A DNA stretch of 64,000 nt from an uncultured Rivularia sp. (GCA_963665115.1 OY762007.1:7680001-7744000); one strand, 5' to 3'; shown: positions 42,548 to 54,328, counted from the first letter of the stretch. Program-made: numbers and translations. Notes: generated by a model from the letters alone, not told the origin.

Positions 42548-43433
42548 TTAAGGCTTAGAAGTACGTTGAAACCATTCTTGATATTTCTGCTGCTTTTCCT
42601 CATCTTCTACAAGAATACTGACTCGTACTTTCTTGCATCCGTGATTTTGTTCTAATTGAATAGCGTTAAGAATCAAAGAAGCAATTTTAGGTGAGTCGAA
42701 TTCACCAGTGACGGTTAAACCCCCTTCAAAATCGCTACTAACCATCGATTGATTTTGCTGAAATTCATTTTGTGAAATCTCTTCTTCACCTAAATCAATT
42801 TCTGCAAGCTGCTTGGGTTCAATACCGGGTTTCTTCAATAATTAGTTTTTCACGTCTTACAGGAATTTGTATCATCCGAGTTTCCACTTCTTTACGGATA
42901 ATAACCTCACCGATTTTACGCTTGCTACGTTCGACAACCAAACGTTCCCCTAACAAACGAATTATATCTTCTTCTATTTCCTCTACAAATTCTAATTCTG
43001 ACTGATGGTTATCTTTAGCAATTTCTGAAGTAGCTGAATCTGCTTTATAGTCAATAGGTTGCTCGTAATTTAGATTATCTGTCATATTACTTACTTTATT
43101 TTCCTTTACCTCATATTCAGGTAATTGTGTTAATTGCGATTCATCAATACTTGTGAAAATACGTTGAATCTTTGGTTCAATTTTACTAACTAACTTGCCA
43201 TTCAATAGTAAAAAAGGATTAGTCTCATTGTCTTGAGACAATCTTTGTATCACAAAGTTAAGCTGACGATTAGCGTTAACCATTAAATCTTGAACTCTAC
43301 CTATCAATCTACCTTGTCTGTCAATTACCTCAAAATTAGTGACTTTATGTTTAAGTCTATCAATTAAATTAACTACTCTTCTAGACTTTTGACTAGAATT
43401 ACTATTGCTATTATCAGCTGTTTGATTATTCAT
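42548..43433 (-). CDS. PRC-barrel + DUF2382 (YsnF/AvaK) protein (frameshift at ~42826)
   Basis: FEVIDRQGRLIGRVQDL and IIRLLGERLVVERSKRKIGEVIIRKEVET. Removing one base joins IEE-TGIEPKQLAEI. Confidence 0.8.
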
Positions 43434-44041
43434 ATTAATATTAGCAGTACTTGCTATACGGGCTTTAACAGTCTAGAAAGGGGAGCAGGGAAAAGTTAAG
43501 AAAAGTAATATTAATAAATATTGTTAATGGTGCTTTCATACTTACCTTTGCATAGTAAGCTTTTAAAGAGGTAATTATTATTAAAAGTAATTAAGAAGGC
43601 TTACGCAAGCTCTATTTTTTAGCGGGGATACTTAATTTATTTTCTTGGTTGCCTAAGTTCTAATTTATATGGTTATTTATATTTCATACCCTGTAATATT
43701 TACGCTGTGGTACGGTTCATCTTTTTAAATACAAATTCTCGCCTTGAAATCAAAATCATCGGGCAATAAATTAAATACCTCTAAACACACGAAAATCCTT
43801 GCTCAGTCTGATTTACAAGACTTTGTATATGAGGCTTGTAATTTATTCCAAAGTGGTCTAAGAGACTCGCTGAAAAGACTGCAAGGCATCAATTATATAA
43901 GATATTTAAGACTATTATCTGATTTTTATTAGCATAGCTTGCACTTCAATTTATAAAAAAAGAGCAAAATTAGCTATTAGCTATCAGCCAAGAACTAATA
44001 ACTAATAACTAATAAGCAGTTTGATCGCCAGATATTAACGT

Positions 44042-44914
44042 CTATCGTCTATCTGTAGGCAAATTGCCGCTATCTATATCTAACTCTTCGCGACGAATTG
44101 TTTCTTGAGATTCAACGGTGTCGCGTTCTACTTCTTTCTTAACTTTAACTTCCTCGCGAACGAATGCTTCCTTACGGACATCAGCATTTTCTTCGTAAAC
44201 TTCCACGTGAGCTACTTCACCTTCGTTAAAGGTTGCTTCACCGGGAGCAACTGCTCTACCAGCATCTGTTGGAGTTACTCTTTCTACAACTACACGCTCT
44301 TTTTCAACAGGTACAGAAACTCGCGCAGTCTCAGTCTCAACGTGCTTACCAATTGCTACTTCACCAGCTTTACGACGCTGTTTATTAGCAACTAAACGCT
44401 CTTCGTAGAGTTTGATATTTTGATGATCTGTATCATTAACGTTGTACAGATTGGGTTCGTTGTCGTATTTATAAGTTTCGCGATTGTAGCTAGCCGCGCT
44501 ATATGCTGGTGCATCGAGGGGAGCGGAATCTTCGAGAGCTGCGGATCTCTCTACAGGTTGGGTGCGATATACGCCGCGTACACTTTCTTCATAGTCGTAA
44601 TCTACAACTTGGTTTTCGTCGTATTCGGGCAAGTTTTCAGCTTGCTCTCTAGTCACACCAAGAGCATAAATGCGGCTTGTATTGTAATCAATACGAGTAC
44701 GTCCGACAGGCATTAATACTTTCTTACCAAAAATCCAAAAACCCAAATCAACTATTAAATAGCGAAAACGACCTTCATCGTCAACTAAAATATCGCTCAC
44801 AGTACCAACTTTATCATCGCTACCTTCAGCATAGACAGTCATATCTTTGATGTCTTGACCTTGAAAAACATCACGATAGTTAGGGTCGTAATCTGCAACT
44901 TTATAAAGAGCCAT
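44042..44914 (-). CDS. PRC-barrel + DUF2382 (YsnF/AvaK) protein
   Basis: VGTVSDILVDDEGRFRYLIVD, KLYEERLV, GKHVETETARVSVPVEKER, IRREEL. Confidence 0.9.
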   Translation of the reverse strand: MALYKVADYDPNYRDVFQGQDIKDMTVYAEGSDDKVGTVSDILVDDEGRFRYLIVDLGFWIFGKKVLMPVGRTRIDYNTSRIYALGVTREQAENLPEYDENQVVDYDYEESVRGVYRTQPVERSAALEDSAPLDAPAYSAASYNRETYKYDNEPNLYNVNDTDHQNIKLYEERLVANKQRRKAGEVAIGKHVETETARVSVPVEKERVVVERVTPTDAGRAVAPGEATFNEGEVAHVEVYEENADVRKEAFVREEVKVKKEVERDTVESQETIRREELDIDSGNLPTDRR

Positions 44915-45339
44915 ATAATTTCTTATCTCCTATTTCTGTTCTTCGTTATTAACTAGGTTAAAAAAATATTTTCTAACATTCATCTTCCCCCCGACTGACT
45001 TCAAGTTTGTGACGCACAGTCAGAAGTAGTATATTATGTTCTATTAGATCGTAAACGATTGTTTCTAGTCAATTAATACATAAGATATTATAATTTTCGC
45101 TGTTGATAAACTTTATATTTTATATTTCGATAATAATGAGTTAATAATTGCGAAGGAAATATTGAGCCGTCTAAAGTGCTTTATTGCTTCATCACAACGC
45201 ACCATCACGATTCTTTAACAAAAGCATTCTAGAGATAGATGTTGATCTCTTACTTTAGAGAGTTACATTGCAATCTATTAGTTTTTACTTCAATAAATTC
45301 ATATCTAAATATTAACGTTTCTTCTGCATTGTACTTTAT

Positions 45340-45467
45340 CAGGACTTACGCAACGAAGACTTGTCATTGCGACTGGAACGGAGTGTAGGGAAGCAATCTC
45401 CCGAACTTTGCGATTACGTCGCTATCGCTCGTAATGACAGAACTACGTTGCTTTTGCGTAAGTCTTA
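45340..45467. mobile_element. MITE (family C) with CAGGACTTACGCA TIRs and GTCATTGCGA-type palindromic cargo
   Basis: CAGGACTTACGCAA...TTGCGTAAGTCTTA, with internal TGTCATTGCGA...TCGTAATGACA. Confidence 0.7.
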
Positions 45468-45504
45468 TTTATATAAGTAAGTACATCAAAATAAAATATA
45501 CACT

Positions 45505-45540
45505 AAAAAACTCGACTTTTTCAAAAAGCCGAGTTTTTTA
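45505..45540. terminator. Bidirectional rho-independent terminator-like hairpin
   Basis: AAAAAACTCGACTTTTT-C-AAAAAGCCGAGTTTTTT, downstream of the 45619 gene. Confidence 0.55.
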
Positions 45541-45618
45541 ACACTGACGAATAATTTAAAATATAATATTGCAATATCAATTATTATTCGTTAATCATAA
45601 GTATGTAAAACTTAATTA

Positions 45619-46464
45619 TTAAACAGGCTTGTTCGCACCAGGATTGGTATCATTGACGCGCAAATCGCCTTGAGTATCGATATCTAACTCTTCTCTACGA
45701 ATAGTCTCTTTTGCTTCAACTGTATCTTGTTCTACAACTTTCTTAACTTTAACTTCTTCACGCACGTATGCTTCTTTATTAATTTGAGCCTGTTCTTCGT
45801 AGAGTTCAACTCGTGCAACTTCACCTTCAGCAAAGTTAACCTGACCGGGATCTACTACAGATGCTTCTCCTGTAGGTGTAGTTCTTTCAATTACAACTCG
45901 CTCTTTTTCAACTGGTACTGAAACTCTAGCGGTTTCTGTTTCGATATGTTTACCAACAGATACTTCACCAGTTTTTGTGCGGGTTTTACTAGTAACTAAA
46001 CGCTCTTCGTAAAGTTTAATGTTGGAGTGGTCGCGGTCGTTCAAATCATACAATGAAGCATCGTTTTGATAATTGTAAGTATCTTTGTTATAAGCTACAT
46101 TTTTCGCTTCAGGGGCACGATAAGCACCGCGAACTTTCTCTTCGTAATCGTAATCGACGGTCATACTCTCATCATATTGAGGCAAGTTTTCTACTTGCTC
46201 TTTACTCAATCCATCTACATAAACACGTTTTTGGCTGTAATCAAGACGTGAAAGACCGATTGGTAATAAAACTTTCTTACCTAAAAATATCGGGCCAGTA
46301 TCAATAACTAAATATCTGAAACGACCTTCATGATCTACTAAAGCATCATGAACGGAACCAATTTTGTCTCCTCCCTGAGTATAAAGAGACATTTCCTTAA
46401 TATCTTCACCACCAAAAACTTCTTTATAATTGGGGTCGAAATCTTGCAGTTTATATAATGTCAT
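45619..46464 (-). CDS. PRC-barrel + DUF2382 (YsnF/AvaK) protein
   Basis: Clear paralogue of 44042..44914 (GRFRYLVID, KLYEERLV, ETETARVSVPVEKER). Confidence 0.9.
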   Translation of the reverse strand: MTLYKLQDFDPNYKEVFGGEDIKEMSLYTQGGDKIGSVHDALVDHEGRFRYLVIDTGPIFLGKKVLLPIGLSRLDYSQKRVYVDGLSKEQVENLPQYDESMTVDYDYEEKVRGAYRAPEAKNVAYNKDTYNYQNDASLYDLNDRDHSNIKLYEERLVTSKTRTKTGEVSVGKHIETETARVSVPVEKERVVIERTTPTGEASVVDPGQVNFAEGEVARVELYEEQAQINKEAYVREEVKVKKVVEQDTVEAKETIRREELDIDTQGDLRVNDTNPGANKPV

Positions 46465-46579
46465 AGAAGTTATTTCTAAGAAGGTTTACATCTGAACTTC
46501 AGTGTAAAAAAAAAACTTATACCTTTTCTTCCTGCTTGCGGCTTAATTTTATCTATCTCTCATCAGCCGATAGTTCAAT

Positions 46580-46790
46580 GAGCAATAGGGAATGGGGAAT
46601 AGAGAATTGGTAATTGGTAATTGGGGATTGGTAATTGGTAATTGGGGATTGGGGATTGGGCATCGTTAGGAGTTAGGAGTTAGAAGTTGTGAGTAGAGAG
46701 TTAGTATTTTTTCTCCCCCTCTACCCCCTCTACCCCCTCTACCTATTCCCCATCACCCATCACCCATTCCCCATTCCCTATTACCTATTA
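46580..46790. repeat. Mixed STRR heptamer tracts
   Basis: GGGGATT, TGGTAAT and TTAGGAG units followed by CCCCTCTAC / CCCCATC units. Confidence 0.85.
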
Positions 46791-48302
46791 CCTCTTATAA
46801 CGCTTGGTCATTTCTAACAACCGCTGACTCAATTCGGAGGTGAGTTGATCGTCGCTTTCGTAGCGCCAGCGCCAGTTTCCGGCGCTAACACTGGGGTCGT
46901 TCATTCTACCGCTGCTGTCTAAGCCTAATAAGTCTTGAACTGAAAGAATGGCTAAGTCTCCTACTGAAGATAGCGCCAGACGCATAAATTCCCAGTTGAT
47001 TTCTTTGATTTCTTCGGGTGAAGAATATTCTAAGTATCTGGCTACGTGCTGTTTTTCTGCATCTCCTGTTTGATCCCACCATCCAATGGTTGTGTCGTTG
47101 TCGTGAGTACCGGGATATACAACGCAGTTAGAAATGTAGTTATGGGGTAAGTAAGGGTTATCGTCTTCGCCACCGAAGCCGAATTGCAGGATACGCATTC
47201 CGGGAAAATCAAATTTATCTCGCAATTCTTCTACTTCGGGGGTGATGATTCCTAAGTCTTCCGCCATTACGGGTAAACTACCTAAAGCAGAATTCAAAGT
47301 TTCAAAGAATTTGGCATCTGGCCCTTTTACCCATTCGCCGTTGATGGCTGTTTCTTCTCCTGCGGGTACTCGCCAATATGCTTCAAATCCTCGGAAATGG
47401 TCAATCCGAACGATGTCTACATACTGCAATGTTGCCCGAAAACGTTCTATCCACCAAGCATAATCGCTTTGTTCCAATTTATCCCAGTCGTAAACGGGAT
47501 TACCCCAAAGCTGTCCGGTAGCGCTGAAGTAATCTGGTGGAACTCCGGCAATGTATGCGGACTCAAGGGTCTCGGGATTAAGCTGAAATATTTCTGGATT
47601 TGCCCAAACATCGGAACTGTTATGACAAACATAAATTGAAATATCACCAACTATTTTGATGTCCTTATTGTTGGCGTAATCGCGTATCTTTTTCCACTGT
47701 TGGAAGAATTTAAATTGCAAGAATTTATGGTAAGATACCTTGTCTTTTAATTTTTCTTCCTCTGCTTTGAGCGCATCTTTTTCGCGACGAGCTACAGCAC
47801 TATCCCAAAAATTCCAAGCTTTATAATCGTTGGCTTCTAGTAGTGCCATAAACAGTACATAATCATCCAACCAAGAAGCTTGTTCTTTACAAAATTTTTC
47901 AAACTCTGTTAATCGTGTTTCTTCTAAAGATTTTTGGAAGCGTTGATAGGCTTGTTGGAGAATTTTTGTTTTGTGAGGAATGACTGCATCAAAGTCAACT
48001 CTATTAGGACTGGTTTTTACGTTTTGTAGCGGAGTTAATTCTTCTTTTGTCAACAAACCCTCTTCTAACAACTGTTCTAGAGAAATCATTAAGGGATTTC
48101 CAGCGAAGGCGCTAAAATTCATTGTGTAGGGTGAATGTTCGTAACCCGTGGGTCCTAAAGGTAGAATTTGCCACAATTTTTGACCGCTAGAAACAAGGAA
48201 ATCAACGAATTTATAAGCCGATTCACCTAAGTCGCCGATGCCAAATTTACTTGGCAAACTAGTAGGATGGAGCAAAACTCCACTTGCTCTTTCAAAACTC
48301 AT
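46788..48302 (-). CDS. malQ: 4-alpha-glucanotransferase (GH77)
   Basis: GVLLHPTSLP, WQILPLGP, GVPPDYFSATGQLWGNP, RIDHFRGF, AEDLG, GTHDNDT. Confidence 0.96.
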   Translation of the reverse strand: MSFERASGVLLHPTSLPSKFGIGDLGESAYKFVDFLVSSGQKLWQILPLGPTGYEHSPYTMNFSAFAGNPLMISLEQLLEEGLLTKEELTPLQNVKTSPNRVDFDAVIPHKTKILQQAYQRFQKSLEETRLTEFEKFCKEQASWLDDYVLFMALLEANDYKAWNFWDSAVARREKDALKAEEEKLKDKVSYHKFLQFKFFQQWKKIRDYANNKDIKIVGDISIYVCHNSSDVWANPEIFQLNPETLESAYIAGVPPDYFSATGQLWGNPVYDWDKLEQSDYAWWIERFRATLQYVDIVRIDHFRGFEAYWRVPAGEETAINGEWVKGPDAKFFETLNSALGSLPVMAEDLGIITPEVEELRDKFDFPGMRILQFGFGGEDDNPYLPHNYISNCVVYPGTHDNDTTIGWWDQTGDAEKQHVARYLEYSSPEEIKEINWEFMRLALSSVGDLAILSVQDLLGLDSSGRMNDPSVSAGNWRWRYESDDQLTSELSQRLLEMTKRYKR

Positions 48303-48412
48303 GTAATGACCCCAATAAACTAAAACAATAACAAACTGTCAAGATTTCACCAGTAGCTTGATTTATATATTAGTAAGATAGCTTATGGGAAATAAGGGCA
48401 GTAAAAAAAATT

Positions 48413-51400
48413 ATGCAAAATCCATTGTTGAAAGACGATCCGCTGTGGTTTAAAGATGCAGTTATCTATGAAGTGCCAGTACGGGCTTTTGCTGATAGCG
48501 ATGGTGATGGTATAGGCGATTTTGGTGGACTAACCAATAAGTTAGATTATCTCCAAGACTTGGGAGTAACGGCTATTTGGGTGCTACCTTTTTTCCCTTC
48601 TCCCTTGCGAGATGATGGCTACGATATCGCTGATTATCATAGCGTTAATCCCATATACGGTAATTTAGAAGATTTTAAGAATTGCTTGAATGCTGCCCAT
48701 CAAAGAGGCATTCGGGTAATCATTGAGTTGATTGTCAATCATACTTCCGACCAGCATCCTTGGTTTCAGCGGGCGCGTAAGGCACCTGTAGGCAGTCCGG
48801 AACGAGACTTTTATGTGTGGAGCGATACTCCAGAAAAGTATCAAGAAGCAAGAATTATCTTTAAGGATTTTGAAACTTCTAACTGGACTTGGGACCCCCG
48901 TTGCAAAAGCTTATTATTGGCATCGCTTTTATTCCCACCAGCCGGATTTGAATTTTGAAAATCCTCAAATGCAGCAAGCACTGTTTGATGTGGTGGATTT
49001 TTGGTTGGAGATGGGTGTTGATGGGTTGCGGTTGGATGCCGTACCGTATCTATACGAGCGTGAAGGAACCAACTGTGAAAACCTTGAGGAAACTCACGTT
49101 TTTCTGAAGAAGGTACGCAGCCACATGGATGAAAAGTTCCCCAATCGGATGATGCTGGCTGAAGCAAACCAGTGGCCCGAAGATGCTGTAGAGTATTACA
49201 GCGGTGGGGATGAATGTCACATGAATTTCCATTTCCCTTTGATGCCGCGTTTATTCATGGGGCTGCAAATGGAAGATAGTTTCCCGATTATCGATATTTT
49301 GCAGCAAACGCCGCCGATTCCGGGAAACTGTCAGTGGGCGTTATTTTTACGCAACCACGATGAATTGACTTTGGAAATGGTCAGCGATGAAGACCGCGAT
49401 TATATGTACCGCGTCTACGCTCAAGAACAGCAGGCAAGATTAAATTTGGGTATTCGCCGTCGTTTAGCTCCTTTGATGGGCAGTAACCGACGACGAATAG
49501 AAGTGATGAATGCTTTGCTGATGTCTTTACCCGGAACCCCAGTGCTTTACTACGGCGATGAAATTGGGATGGGGGACAATATTTATTTGGGAGACAGAAA
49601 CGGGGTAAGAACTCCGATGCAGTGGAGCGCCGATCGCAATGGTGGTTTTAGCCGTTGCAATCCTCACAAGCTTTATGCTCCGGTAATTATCGACCCAGAA
49701 TACCATTTTGAGGCAGTAAACGTTGAAGCCCAGCGAGAAAACCGCAATTCGCTATGGTGGTGGATGAAACGTTTGATCGCAACTCGCAGACGCTTTCAGG
49801 CTTTTGGTAGGGGTACTTTTGAGTTACTTTATCCAGAAAATCGTAAGGTTTTAGCGTTTACTCGTACTTTCAACGGCGAACACATTCTGGTTGTCACCAA
49901 CTTGTCCCGCTTCGTCCAGACAGTAGAGTTGGACTTGACGGCATTTGACGGCATGATTCCGGTGGAAATCTTCGGAAGAACTACATTCCCCGCAATTAAC
50001 GATTCACCTTATTTCATGAGTTTAGCGCCCCATGCGTTTTATTGGTTTACTTTAGACGTTCAAACAAATATTACCTGTCCGGTAAGGCCTCAGAACCAAA
50101 TCCCAACAATAGTAGTCAGCGACAATTGGCGGAATATCTTTACCAAATCTGAAACAAAAGCAGCATTAGAAGAAATGTTGCCAGATTATATGTGTGCCTG
50201 TAGCTGGTTTGACAGTAAAAGTCGGGTAATTCAGTCTTCTCACATAATTGAAGCAATTCCCATCACCTTCCGTTCTTTGGAAGCGGCAATCGTTTTAATA
50301 CAGCTAGATTACACCGAAGGCGACCCCGAAACCTACGTATTACCTTTAGCTTACGAAGCTGACGGTATTAATAACGAGCGCTTTAGCTCCTACCGCGAAG
50401 AAGTTGTAGCCAACATTGAAATACGCAGCAATAAAGAAGTTGGAGTATTATTTGATGCCTTAGCAGACAAAGAATTTCTTAACTTCCCCCTCGAAGCCAT
50501 CGCCAACAAAAATACTTACAAAGGCATGGCAGGCGAATTAGTTGCAGAATCTAGCAAAGATTTTACAGAGTTAGCTGGTGCTGGTTCTAACTTCGGACTC
50601 AAAGCCAATCTTGAAGCGCATCTGTTACGTGGAGAACATAACAACACCTGCGTAATATATGGCGATCGCCTGATGTGCAAACTATTCCGCAAGGTAGTAG
50701 GAGAAGGCATTAACCCCGATTTAGAAGTAGGTCAATTTTTCACCCACAGTTCGGTAACAAAAGGACTACCAAGGGCAGAAAACTTTGCTCCCGTTGCTGG
50801 TAGCTTGAATTACAGTCGTAAAGGCTTTGAGACTATGACCTTGGGAATGGTACAAAAATACATTCCTGATATCAGAGATGGTTGGGACTATAGCCTTGAT
50901 AGCTTACGGGACTTTTTTGAGCAAGTACAGGTAACGCAAATAGACGCTGTTGCCGATATCGATTTACCTACTTCCTTATTATCGGCTGCATTAGAAACTG
51001 AAATCCCTGAAATAGCTCAGGAAATGATTGGCTCCTATTTGCGGAATGCTCAACTATTAGGCGAACGTACCGCCGAAATGCACCTAGCATTAGCATCTGA
51101 CACCGAAGACCCAAACTTTGCCCCAGAAGCATTTACCTCGTTTTACCAGCGCTCGATTTACCAATATATGCGGAATCAAGCCGGACAAGCATTGCTGCTG
51201 TTGAAAAAGCATTTGATACAGCTACCAAACGACCTGCAACCCGTGGCACAGTTAGTATTGAACAATCGAGAAATGATCTTAGCTCGACTAAAATCAATAC
51301 TTAACCAAAAAATTAACGCCATGCGAACCCGCACTCACGGTAACTTGTGCCTCAACGAAGTGCTGTATACGGGCAAAGACTTTATCATCATTGACTTTGA

Positions 51401-51791
51401 AGGCGACCAAACCCGCCCATTGAGCGAACGACGCATGAAGCGATCGCCCTTGCGAGATGTTGCCGGAATGCTAGAATCCTTCTACTACTCCAGCCGCATC
51501 GGTTTACGTAATGAAAAAGAAAGCGGAATTATTCTTCCAGACGACCAGCCATTAATGGAACAATGGGCGCAATTTTTCTACACTTGGTCAAGTGTAGCTT
51601 TCTTGAAATCCTACTTAAGTACAGCGAAAAGCGCATCCTTCATACCATCCGAACCATCAGAACTACAACTACTTTTAGATGGATTCATATTAGAAAAAGC
51701 CATCATCGAACTGGAACACGAACTGAAAAACCGTCCTAACTGGATAGAAGTGCCAATGTATCGGATTTTAGAACTTCTGGAAACGGCTTAG
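48413..51791 (+). CDS. treS: Trehalose synthase fused to maltokinase-like domain (frameshift in C run at 48895-48899)
   Basis: [45 protein letters not shown]-terminal IIDFEG...[10 protein letters not shown]. Confidence 0.93.
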
Positions 51792-52027
51792 GAGTAGGGA
51801 GTAGGGAGTAGAAAGTAGGGAGTAGAAAGTAGAAAGTAGGGAGTAGGGAGTAGGGAGTGGGGAGTAGGGAGTAGAAAGTAGGGAGTAGAAAGTAGGGAGT
51901 AGAAAGTAGGGAGTAGAAAGTAGGGAGTAGAAAGTAGGGAGTTTTTAATTACTCTATGCCCAATCCCCAATCCCCAATCCCCAATCCCCAATCCCCAATC
52001 CCCAGTCCCCAATCCCCATCTCCCATC
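51792..52027. repeat. STRR tracts: ~20 AGTAGGG/AGTAGAA units, then CCCCAAT units
   Basis: Directly visible. The tract begins right after the treS stop codon. Confidence 0.92.
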
Positions 52028-52174
52028 TCTCTATAGATGTAAAACACAATTACTACTCCAAACTGACTTAAAATAATCTGAGAAGATTTAATATTTTATT
52101 TAATATTTGATATTTAGTATTTAATGTTTACCAGTATTGCAGGATTATTCGTTTCGATTAGGAGCATTTAGGGT

Positions 52175-54328
52175 ATGTACCTCTCACTATGGCCCGGTAA
52201 ACCTTATCCTTTGGGTGCTAACTGGGATGGCAAGGGTACTAATTTCGCATTATTCTCAGAAAACGCTACGGCGGTAGAGTTATGCTTATTCGACAAAGAA
52301 GGGCGAGAAACTCGATTAGCTTTACGAGAAGTTAGTAACTTTACGTGGCACGCTTACGTTCCTTCGATTGGTCCGGGGCAGCGTTATGGGTTTAGAGTAC
52401 ACGGTGCGTTTGCTCCCCAGGAAGGGCACAGGTTTAACCCGAATAAATTACTAATCGATCCCTACGCTTATGCGATTGATGGGGAAATCGGTTTCGGTGA
52501 AGAAATTTTTGGTTATCGTTGGGACGATCCAAAAGATGATTTGGGATTTTCAGAATTGAATGATGCTCATTTAATTCCTAAGTCGGTGGTTGTAGATAAA
52601 AGTTTTGATTGGGAAGGAGATGAACTTTTACAAACTCCTTGGCACGAAACCATAATTTACGAAACTCATGTCAAAGGTTTTACTAAATTACATGAAGAAA
52701 TCCCTCCAAGATTAAGGGGGACTTATGCCGGATTAGCCCACCCTGCCGCGATTTCTCATCTCCAGTCCTTGGGTATAACGGCTGTGGAATTGATGCCGAT
52801 ACATCACTTCTTATCGCAACCGGGACACTTAGTTGGTAGTGGTTTGAAGAACTATTGGGGCTATGATTCAATTTCTTATCTGGCTCCTTATTCCGGTTAT
52901 AGCGCTAGCGGTAGTTTGGGACAGCAGCTTAAAGAGTTTAAGCATATGGTCAAGCGGCTGCATCAAGCGGGGATAGAAGTCATTCTTGATGTGGTTTACA
53001 ACCATACAGGTGAAGGCAATCACATGGGGCCGACAATATCATTACGCGGTATTGATAATGCTTCCTACTATCGTTTGGTAGACGGCGATTTGCGCTACTA
53101 CATGGACTTTACTGGTTGCGGTAATTCCCTCAACGTGCGCCATCCCCAAGTACTCAAGCTGATTATGGATAGTTTGCGGTATTGGGTGTTGGAATGCCAT
53201 GTAGATGGTTTCCGTTTTGACTTAGCTTCTGCTTTGGCTAGGGAATTATATGCAGTAGATAAGCTAGCGGCATTCTTTGATATTATCCACCAAGACCCGG
53301 TTTTAGCGGATGTAAAATTAATCGCGGAGCCTTGGGATGTAGGTGAAGGAGGATACCAAGTAGGTGAATTTCCTTTGTTATGGTCGGAATGGAACGGAAA
53401 ATACCGAGATACGGCACGAGACTTCTGGCGCGGAGAGGATAGTAGTTTAGCAGAATTTGCCTATCGATTTACGGGTAGCTCCGATCTGTACGAGCTTAAC
53501 GGACGCAGCCCCAGCGCTAGTATTAACTTTATTACCGCTCATGATGGTTTTACGTTGAATGACTTAGTTAGCTACAACGAAAAGCATAACGAAGCCAACA
53601 ATGAAGATAACCGCGATGGAGAAAGTCACAACCGTTCTTGGAATTGCGGTGCAGAAGGTGAAACAGATGATTTCGCAATCGAGAAACTTCGTAAAAAGCA
53701 GCGACGAAACTTTTTAGTGACGTTAATACTTTCCCAAGGAATACCCATGATAGTTATGGGAGACGAAATGGGAAGAACTCAAGGAGGAAACAACAATCCT
53801 TACTGTCAAGATAACGAAATTTCCTGGTTAGATTGGGATTTACAAGAAGAAAACGAGAATTTACTCGACTTTACCCGTCAATTAATCGACTTTCGTCGGC
53901 GACATCCAGTATTTAGAAGGCGTAAGTGGTTCCAAGGAAGAGCAATTCGCGGTGTTGAAGTAACCGATATTTCTTGGTTTAACCCCGATGGCACTAAAAT
54001 GACCGAAGAACAATGGAATAGCGGTTTTGCTAAAGCCATTGGAATTTTCCTCAACGGTGAAGGAATAGCCTCACCAGGACCTAGAGGGGAACGCATCATT
54101 GATGAAAACTTCTTTATTTTATTTAACGCCCATTACGAAGTGTTGGAATTTATCATTCCTCCAGAAATACAGGAATGGGAGTGGGTAACTATTGTTGACA
54201 CCACCAAGCCCAGATTTGTTCAGCGCGGTAAACGCTACATCGAAGATAAACCGATCAACGTAGAACCGCGTTCTATACTCATACTTCAGAGGCTTGGACA
54301 AATAAGCCAAGAATATGATGATGAATAA
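52175..54328 (+). CDS. glgX: Glycogen debranching enzyme (GlgX/TreX)
   Basis: PGKPYPLGA, NYWGY, DVVYNHT, DGFRFDLAS, IAEPWD, HDGFTL. Confidence 0.96.
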   Translation: MYLSLWPGKPYPLGANWDGKGTNFALFSENATAVELCLFDKEGRETRLALREVSNFTWHAYVPSIGPGQRYGFRVHGAFAPQEGHRFNPNKLLIDPYAYAIDGEIGFGEEIFGYRWDDPKDDLGFSELNDAHLIPKSVVVDKSFDWEGDELLQTPWHETIIYETHVKGFTKLHEEIPPRLRGTYAGLAHPAAISHLQSLGITAVELMPIHHFLSQPGHLVGSGLKNYWGYDSISYLAPYSGYSASGSLGQQLKEFKHMVKRLHQAGIEVILDVVYNHTGEGNHMGPTISLRGIDNASYYRLVDGDLRYYMDFTGCGNSLNVRHPQVLKLIMDSLRYWVLECHVDGFRFDLASALARELYAVDKLAAFFDIIHQDPVLADVKLIAEPWDVGEGGYQVGEFPLLWSEWNGKYRDTARDFWRGEDSSLAEFAYRFTGSSDLYELNGRSPSASINFITAHDGFTLNDLVSYNEKHNEANNEDNRDGESHNRSWNCGAEGETDDFAIEKLRKKQRRNFLVTLILSQGIPMIVMGDEMGRTQGGNNNPYCQDNEISWLDWDLQEENENLLDFTRQLIDFRRRHPVFRRRKWFQGRAIRGVEVTDISWFNPDGTKMTEEQWNSGFAKAIGIFLNGEGIASPGPRGERIIDENFFILFNAHYEVLEFIIPPEIQEWEWVTIVDTTKPRFVQRGKRYIEDKPINVEPRSILILQRLGQISQEYDDE

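Noticed and set aside
51788..52012. 74-aa ORF
   Set aside because: Pure translation of STRR heptamers.
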